In this document: positions 57,992 through 64,000 of the stretch, piece by piece
Position numbering within the stretch: position 1 is the first letter of the stretch
How the letters are laid out: each line of letters opens with the position of its first letter
Made by a program: the position numbers and the translations under genes
Origin: an uncultured bacterium
Lineage (GTDB): Bacteria > Eisenbacteria > RBG-16-71-46
Length of the DNA stretch: 64,000 nucleotides
Reading direction: 5' to 3'
Assembly: GCA_964589945.1 (NCBI GenBank)
Contig: CAZPVG010000009.1
Span: 20,066-84,065 of the forward strand
The notes under the pieces: generated by a model
Database searches by the model: none
Seen by the model: the letters and a program-made list of their open reading frames with translations, nothing else
Told to the model about the DNA's origin: nothing

Positions 57992-58813
57992 TCAGCCTGC
58001 GGGCGCGCGGTGCGCGGCCGGGTGCCGCGCGAGCACCTCGAGCAGCCGCGGGTGCAGCGCCGGTCCCGACGCGCAGATCTGGCGGCCGTCGAGCCGGAAG
58101 GTCCCGCCCGAGTAGTCGGTGACGACGCCGCCGGCCTCGCGCACGACCAGCGATCCGGCCGCGACGTCCCATGGCGAGAGGTTGCCCTCCCAGAAGCCGT
58201 CGAAACGGCCCATCGCGAGATAGCAGAGATTGAGCGCCGCGGACCCGTCGCGGCGCACGCCCTGCGCCCGGACGAGGAAGTCCTGGAAGAGCGGCACGTG
58301 CCGCTCGGGCACCTCGCGCACGTCGTAGGGGAACCCCGTCACGAGGAGCGCGTCCTCGAGCCGCGCACAGTCGCTCGTGCGGATCGGCCGGCCGTTCAGC
58401 GTCGCGCCCGCGCCCGCCGCGGCGGCGAACGTCTCGTCGCGCACCGGGTCGTGGACCGCTCCCGCCGCCATCGCGCCGTCCAGCTCGACGCCCACGGACA
58501 CGGCGAAGAACGGGTAGTTGTGGGCGAAGTTCGTGGTGCCGTCGAGCGGGTCGAGGATCCAGCGCACGCGGGGCGCCTCGCCGCCCGCGTGGACGCCGGA
58601 CTCCTCCGCGAGGACGGCGTGGTCGGGGAACGTGCCGCGCACGAGCGTGAGCAGGCGCTCCTCCGAGCGGCGGTCGTATTCGGTGACGAGGTCGATGCGG
58701 CCCTTGCGCTCCGGGGCGTGCGCGCGGCCGTGGCCCTCGCGCACGATCGCGCCGGCATCGCGCGCGAACGCGATCGCGGCGTCGCGGAGCCGGAGGGGAT
58801 CGAGTTCGCTCAT
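57992..58813 (-). CDS. suhB: Inositol monophosphatase family protein
   Basis: WILDPLDGTTNFAHN and the metal-binding motifs of the IMPase fold. Confidence 0.85.
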   Translation of the reverse strand: MSELDPLRLRDAAIAFARDAGAIVREGHGRAHAPERKGRIDLVTEYDRRSEERLLTLVRGTFPDHAVLAEESGVHAGGEAPRVRWILDPLDGTTNFAHNYPFFAVSVGVELDGAMAAGAVHDPVRDETFAAAAGAGATLNGRPIRTSDCARLEDALLVTGFPYDVREVPERHVPLFQDFLVRAQGVRRDGSAALNLCYLAMGRFDGFWEGNLSPWDVAAGSLVVREAGGVVTDYSGGTFRLDGRQICASGPALHPRLLEVLARHPAAHRAPAG

Positions 58814-58828
58814 GGGTCCTTTCGGCCT

Positions 58829-61780
58829 TCAGCCGCGCGCGGCGCTGTGCAGGCAGAAACGCGAGTACGGGCAGTAGCCGCACTTGCGCTGGTCGGGGTC
58901 GGGCGGGAACTCGGCGCGGCGGATGCCGGCCGACGCCGTCCGGATGCGGCCGAGGGCGAGGTCGTAGTGCTTCGGCTCGACGTCGGCCGAGCCGACGACG
59001 CCCGAGCCCACGAAACCGAGCTGCACGCGTACGGGGTCGCGCCCGCGCGTCTCGCGGTAGGCGAGCGCGTACAGGCCCAGCTGTTCGTTGCGCAGGCTCT
59101 CCTTCGCGCGTTCGTCGGCCTTCTCCGGGTCGGGGACGTCGCCGGTCTTGTAGTCCAGGAGGACGATCCCGTCGGGCGCCTCGTCGATGCGGTCCCAGCG
59201 GCCGCGCACCACGTCCCGGCCGAGTGCGAAGCGGAAGTCCATCTCGACCGCGAGCGGCGTCCGGCCGGAGGCCTCCTCGCGCGCCACGAACTGTCGCAGG
59301 GCTTCGCGTCCCTCCGCCTGGCGCAGCTCCTCGTGCTCGAGAGAGTAGAAGCCCTCGCTCGACCACGCGCCGTCGAACGCGGCGATCACGTCGTCCACGG
59401 CGATCGGCAGCCCCTTCATGCGGTGCTGCAGGTAGACGCGGATGGCGTGGTGGATCGCGATGCCGTACATGGCCCGCGGGTCCGAGGCGAGCGGCACGCG
59501 CACGACGTGCGCGTAGCGGTACTTGAGGGGGCAGGTGAGGTAGTCGTCGATCTGGCCGTGCGAGAGGTCGAGCACGTCGTCCTCGCCGAGCGGCCGCACC
59601 TCCGGCGTGGGGGACTCGGCCGCCGGCGCGAAGCGGTGGATCGCCTCTTCGGCATCCGCCTTGCGCCGTGTCTTCGGGGCGGGCGGCAGGTCCAGCGCCT
59701 CGACGACGAACCGGCTGGTCTTGACCGTGCGGCGGCCGCCGTAATCCTCGGCGTGCGTGAGCACGAGGCGGTCGCGCGCGCGCGTGAGTCCGACGAAGAA
59801 CAGCCGGCGCTCCTCGCGCTCGTGGTCGGCGCGCGGGTCGCCCGGGCCGTGCGAGAGCTCCAGGGGGAACGGAAGCGTCTCGCCCCGCCGCGCCATCGGG
59901 AAGCGCCCTTCGGCGAGATTCACCAGGTAGACGACGCCGAACTCGAGGCCCTTGGCGTTGTGCGCCGTGAGCAGCTGCACGGCGTCCTCGTCGGCGTCGG
60001 CCACGGCGGCCTGCGGGTCGTCGCCGGCGGCGATGAGCAGGTCGAGGTGGACCATGAACTCCGGCACGCGGTCGCTGCGGAGCAGCGGCCCGACGCGCTG
60101 CACGATGCCGAAGAGCTTGTTGAGGTTCTGCACCTTCTCCGCCGCCTCGGCCGACTCGTCCTGCGAGAGGCGCCCGAGCAGGCCGCTTTCGGTCACGAAG
60201 GCGTACAGCACCTCGGTCGTGGGCCGGCGGGTCGCGTTCTCCGCGAGCGCGTCCCACAGCGCGAAGAAGCGGCTCAGGGCCTCGCGCGACGCGTCCGAGA
60301 GATCCGCCGGCGCGCCCAGGGCGGCGCGCGCCGTGCGCAGCAGGCCGCGCCTCGTGCGGTTCGCGGCCGCGTTGAGGTGGAGCAGGTCGAGCGCCCCGAC
60401 GCCGAAGAGCGGGTCGCCGAGGACGCCGTACGCGGCGGGGCCGTCGTCGGGGTCGGCGATCGTGCGCAGCAGGTTCAGGCAGAGCAGCACCTCGGGCCGC
60501 GCGTACAGCCCGCGCGAGCTGCGCCGCTGGAAGGGCACACCGCGGGCGCGCAGGCCCAGGGCGAACGGCTCGAGGTGCGAGTGCGCGCGCGCGAGGACCC
60601 CGAACTCCGAGGGCCGGCGCGCGCCGGAGGCGATCGACTCGGCGATCTCCGCCGTGACGGCGTCCACCTCGTCGGCGCCGGTCGCGAACGCGTGGTGCTC
60701 GACGACCCCCTCGATCCCGGTCCGTGCGGCCACCAGGCGCTTGTCGTACTTCACCGGGTCCAGCGCCTCGAGACGTTCGGGGTTGTTGAACTGGATGGCC
60801 CGGTGCGCGATGTCGAGGATGCGCTGCCCCGAGCGGTAGTTGAGCTTCAGCTTCACGACGTGGGCCCCCGGGAACGAGTCGATGAACCCGGTCATGTTCT
60901 CGACCTTCGCCCCGCGGAACCGGTAGATGCTCTGGTCGTCGTCGCCGACGACCGTCAGGTTGCCCGAGCCGCGGTCGCCGGAGGCGAGCAGTTTCACGAG
61001 CTCGAACTGCACGTGGTTCGTGTCCTGGAACTCGTCCACGAGGATCCACCGGTAGCGGCCCTGGATCTCCCGTCGCACGTGCGGGCGTTCGCGCAGCAGC
61101 CGCAGCGCGAGCGAGATCTGCGAGCCGAAGTCCACGCGGCCGTGCTCGAGCAGCAGCGCCTGGTAGGCGGCGTACGCACGCGCCTTCTCGAGCTCGGCCG
61201 CCGCGCGGTCGCGCTCCGCCTCGTCGGCGGCGCGGGCGGCCAGCCCTTCGGCCCATTCGCGGTAGGTGTCGGGCGTCACGTCCTCGTCGCGGGCGCGGTC
61301 GAACACGCGCACGAGAGCACCGAGGTGCGTGTCCGGGGCCCCCAGCGGGAGGTAGCGCGAGAGGCCGAGCTCGAACAGGTGCTCGCGCAGGAAGACGAGG
61401 ATCTCGGCCGGCTGCTCGACGCGCAGCTGGGCCGTGATGCCCAGCTCGACGGCGTGCTCGCGCACGAGCCGGTCGCAGAACGCGTGGAACGTCGAGATCG
61501 TGAAGCCGGTCAGCCCGAACGGAACCTGCTGATCGACGCGCTCCTCCATCTCCGCCGCGGCCTTGTCCGTGAACGTGAGCGCGAGGATCTCCTCGGAACG
61601 CGCGCGCTTCGTGGCGATGAGCCACGCGATGCGCTTCGTGAGCACGTTGGTCTTGCCGGTCCCGGCGCCGGCGACGATGAGCAGCGGGCCCCCGCCGTGG
61701 GTCACCGCCTTCCGCTGCTCGTCGTTCAGCCCGGCGAGGATGTCATCGGCGGCCGGGGGCGCCGCGCCGGAGACGCTCAT
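58829..61780 (-). CDS. UvrD/PcrA-like superfamily-1 helicase fused to a C-terminal Cas4/AddB-type PD-(D/E)xK nuclease domain with Fe-S Cys motif
   Basis: Walker A GAGTGKT, UvrD helicase motifs, C-terminal …IDRID…LLDYKTG… and C-x2-C-x5-C (CGYCPYSRFC) with an upstream Cys. 983 aa. Confidence 0.8.
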   Translation of the reverse strand: MSVSGAAPPAADDILAGLNDEQRKAVTHGGGPLLIVAGAGTGKTNVLTKRIAWLIATKRARSEEILALTFTDKAAAEMEERVDQQVPFGLTGFTISTFHAFCDRLVREHAVELGITAQLRVEQPAEILVFLREHLFELGLSRYLPLGAPDTHLGALVRVFDRARDEDVTPDTYREWAEGLAARAADEAERDRAAAELEKARAYAAYQALLLEHGRVDFGSQISLALRLLRERPHVRREIQGRYRWILVDEFQDTNHVQFELVKLLASGDRGSGNLTVVGDDDQSIYRFRGAKVENMTGFIDSFPGAHVVKLKLNYRSGQRILDIAHRAIQFNNPERLEALDPVKYDKRLVAARTGIEGVVEHHAFATGADEVDAVTAEIAESIASGARRPSEFGVLARAHSHLEPFALGLRARGVPFQRRSSRGLYARPEVLLCLNLLRTIADPDDGPAAYGVLGDPLFGVGALDLLHLNAAANRTRRGLLRTARAALGAPADLSDASREALSRFFALWDALAENATRRPTTEVLYAFVTESGLLGRLSQDESAEAAEKVQNLNKLFGIVQRVGPLLRSDRVPEFMVHLDLLIAAGDDPQAAVADADEDAVQLLTAHNAKGLEFGVVYLVNLAEGRFPMARRGETLPFPLELSHGPGDPRADHEREERRLFFVGLTRARDRLVLTHAEDYGGRRTVKTSRFVVEALDLPPAPKTRRKADAEEAIHRFAPAAESPTPEVRPLGEDDVLDLSHGQIDDYLTCPLKYRYAHVVRVPLASDPRAMYGIAIHHAIRVYLQHRMKGLPIAVDDVIAAFDGAWSSEGFYSLEHEELRQAEGREALRQFVAREEASGRTPLAVEMDFRFALGRDVVRGRWDRIDEAPDGIVLLDYKTGDVPDPEKADERAKESLRNEQLGLYALAYRETRGRDPVRVQLGFVGSGVVGSADVEPKHYDLALGRIRTASAGIRRAEFPPDPDQRKCGYCPYSRFCLHSAARG

Positions 61781-62883
61781 CGGCCGGAGGGCGGCCGCAG
61801 GTCGAAGGGCGCGTGGTTCAGGCGTCGAGCGCCGTCCCCGCCCACGACGACGATGTCCTCGAGCCGGATGCCGAATCGGCCCGGGAAGTACACGCCGGGC
61901 TCGACGCTGTGGACGTTCCCCGCCACGAGCGGCTCGCGGTTGCCGCGAACGAGGTACGGCGGCTCGTGGGCCTCGAGGCCCAGGCCGTGACCGGTGCGGT
62001 GCGTGAACTGCTCCCCGAGCCCGGCGCCCTCGATCACCCCGCGGGCCGCCGCGTCAACGTCCTCGCAGACGGCCCCGACGCGCGCGGCGGCGATGCCCGC
62101 CTCGCGTGCCCGGTTGACGACCTCGAAGGTGCGCAGGACCTGGCGCGGGGGCTCGCCGAGGAAGTAGGTGCGGGTGATGTCCGAGCCGTAGCCGCCGGTC
62201 GAGGCCCCGAGGTCGAGCAGCAGCACCTCGCCTTCGGCAAGCGTCCGGTCACCGGTCACGTGGTGCGGGTCGGCCGAGTTCGGGCCCGAGGCGACGATCA
62301 CCCACGCCTCGGTATCGCCCAGGGCCTCGAAGCGCTCCACGACGAAGCGGGCGACCTCGCGCTCGGTGCGGCCGGGGCGGGCCCAGTCGGCGGCCGCCTC
62401 GACCACCTCGTCCGCGTGCGCCGCGGCGGCCACGAGCCGCTCGATCTCGGCGGCGTCCTTGACGGCCCGCAGCGGCCCCAGCACCGGGGCGGCCGGGGAG
62501 CAGTCGGTCGTCGCCGCGAGGCGCAGCACGTGCGGAACGCGCAGGCCCTCCCCGAGCAGCACGCGGCGACCCGGGGCCAGGCGCGCACGCTCGGAGAGGC
62601 GCAGCAGCGGGTCCTCGTGCTCGTCCCAGACGAGCATCTCGATCCCGTCGCAGGCTCGCGCGAGCGCGTCGGCCTCGAGGCGCGGCGCGACGACGAACGG
62701 GTCTCCGGATGCGGGAAGGGCGAGCGCGACGAGGCGCTCGGTGACGCGCGCGGTCGCCCCGGTGAGCCAGCGGAAGTCGGGGGAGGCGGGGACGATCAGC
62801 CACTCCGCGCCGGCATCCGCCAGGGCGGCTCGCGCCCGCTCGAGTCGCGCGCCGCTTTCGGCGTTGCTGGCCATGCGGGGCAA
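61777..62883 (-). CDS. M24-family metallopeptidase (Xaa-Pro aminopeptidase/creatinase-like)
   Basis: Pita-bread fold metal ligands (DLGASTGGYGSDITRT, HRTGHGLGLEAHE, VEPG…LED). Its stop overlaps the helicase start. An alternative start lies at 62874. Confidence 0.8.
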   Translation of the reverse strand: MPRMASNAESGARLERARAALADAGAEWLIVPASPDFRWLTGATARVTERLVALALPASGDPFVVAPRLEADALARACDGIEMLVWDEHEDPLLRLSERARLAPGRRVLLGEGLRVPHVLRLAATTDCSPAAPVLGPLRAVKDAAEIERLVAAAAHADEVVEAAADWARPGRTEREVARFVVERFEALGDTEAWVIVASGPNSADPHHVTGDRTLAEGEVLLLDLGASTGGYGSDITRTYFLGEPPRQVLRTFEVVNRAREAGIAAARVGAVCEDVDAAARGVIEGAGLGEQFTHRTGHGLGLEAHEPPYLVRGNREPLVAGNVHSVEPGVYFPGRFGIRLEDIVVVGGDGARRLNHAPFDLRPPSGR

Positions 62884-62960
62884 GCTAGCAGCGCGCCCGG
62901 CGGCCGGTCAACGCCCGGGCTCGTTTGCCGCTGCTCGCGGCCCGCTCCTAGACTGCGCCC

Positions 62961-64000
62961 ATGAGCCCGCCCGCACGGATGCGCGTCCGGCCGCTTCTCG
63001 TCCTCCTCCCGCTGCTCGCCCTGTTCGCCGCCGGCTGCTCGCCGCCTCCACGCGCGAAGGTCGTGCGCCGGTGGGTCGTGGGCGGCGTCGAGCCGTCCTT
63101 CGATCCCGACGGCCCTCCGAACGCGCTGCGCTGGGCGCTCGAGCGGCTGCTGTCGCGAGGCCTCGTCGAGCGCGACTCCTCGGGACGCGTCGTGCCCGCG
63201 GCGGCCGAGAGCATCGGCGTCTCGCGCGACGGCCGCACCTGGACGTTCCGGCTGCGGAAGGGCCTCGCGTACACGGACGGATCGCCCGTGACGAGCGCCG
63301 ACTTCCGCGCGGCACTGGTCGCCGGCCTCGGGCGAGAGGACCACGCGACGCGCCAGTGGCTGCTCGCCGCGGTCGCGGGCGTGAGCGGCGTGCGGCCGGG
63401 CCGGCCGCTGCCGCCGCTCGGGATCGCGACGCCCGATGCCCGTACGCTGGTCCTGAAGCTCACCGCGCCCGACACGCTGCTCGCCGAGAAGCTGGCGCTC
63501 CCGGGCGTGGCGACGCCGTGGAAGCGCCGCGACGCCGCCGGCTGGGACCGTGCGGTGGGCCTCGGGCCCTACCGCGTGCTCCGCGCCGCGGGGACGCACT
63601 CGCTCGAGCTGGTCGCGACACGCTCCCGGGTCGGGGCGGCGCCGCTCGCCGACACGCTGCAGGTGCACTTCCTCGTCGGCGCGGTGCGCGTGCGCGACGC
63701 GCTCCGGCGCGGACAGCCCGACGTCGTCTGGCCGCTGCCGCCGGACCTGCTGTCGCAGGCGCCCCCCGAGGGCTACCGTCTCGCCGGCGCGCCCGCCGAT
63801 CCGGTCCGCAGGCTGCTGCTCGTGCTCCGCGCCGACGTGCCGCCCACGACGAGGGCCGCCGCGAGGCAGGCGCTCGCCCACGCGATCAACCGCGCGGCCC
63901 TGCTCGAAGCGCTGGGCCAGCGCGGCCGCGAGATGCTCACCTGGCTTCCCGGGGGAGGCGAGTTCGACTTCCCGAGCTTCGACGCCGGCGAGTCGCGCCT
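62961..64000 (+). CDS. 3'-truncated CDS: family-5 (peptide/nickel-type) ABC substrate-binding lipoprotein
   Basis: Absent from the ORF track because no stop falls in the window. ATG at 62961, lipobox LFAAGC, SBP_bac_5-like N-terminal region. The frame is open to nt 64000. Confidence 0.65.
   Translation, partial: MSPPARMRVRPLLVLLPLLALFAAGCSPPPRAKVVRRWVVGGVEPSFDPDGPPNALRWALERLLSRGLVERDSSGRVVPAAAESIGVSRDGRTWTFRLRKGLAYTDGSPVTSADFRAALVAGLGREDHATRQWLLAAVAGVSGVRPGRPLPPLGIATPDARTLVLKLTAPDTLLAEKLALPGVATPWKRRDAAGWDRAVGLGPYRVLRAAGTHSLELVATRSRVGAAPLADTLQVHFLVGAVRVRDALRRGQPDVVWPLPPDLLSQAPPEGYRLAGAPADPVRRLLLVLRADVPPTTRAAARQALAHAINRAALLEALGQRGREMLTWLPGGGEFDFPSFDAGESR

Noticed and set aside
1-64000. CRISPR arrays, rRNA genes, prophage structural genes, toxin-antitoxin or defence islands
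   Set aside because: No regularly spaced direct repeats, no rRNA-like conserved stretches and no phage or defence protein signatures were seen on either strand.

Overview
High-GC (~70%) chromosomal segment, probably from an FCB-group or Gemmatimonadetes-like bacterium, judged from a T9SS C-terminal sorting domain, a GWxTD domain protein and Alternative Complex III. Most of the window is core metabolism read directly from the translations. It carries a translationally coupled oxidative pentose-phosphate operon gnd-zwf-pgl, plus tal, glk-tkt, malQ, fumC, sucA-sucB-lpd, type-II NADH dehydrogenase, soluble transhydrogenase and asnB. A complete Alternative Complex III operon actABCDEF sits at 28.2-35.7 kb and ends in a clean rho-independent terminator. 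It is followed by a tRNA-Leu(TAA) whose 3' 30 nt recur exactly 2.7 kb downstream, bracketing a T9SS-secreted beta-helix protein and ~700 nt of lower-GC non-coding DNA. The main hunt result is a three-gene module at 40.3-43.9 kb that looks like an outer-membrane porin-cytochrome electron conduit. It encodes a periplasmic MtrA/MtoA/PioA-like decahaem cytochrome, a 522-aa beta-barrel outer-membrane protein and a hexahaem lipoprotein cytochrome. The module lies a few kb from ACIII and has a 700-nt non-coding leader. The many very long overlapping ORFs in the six-frame track, such as the 1512-aa and 1326-aa ones, are GC-driven shadow frames and are not annotated.
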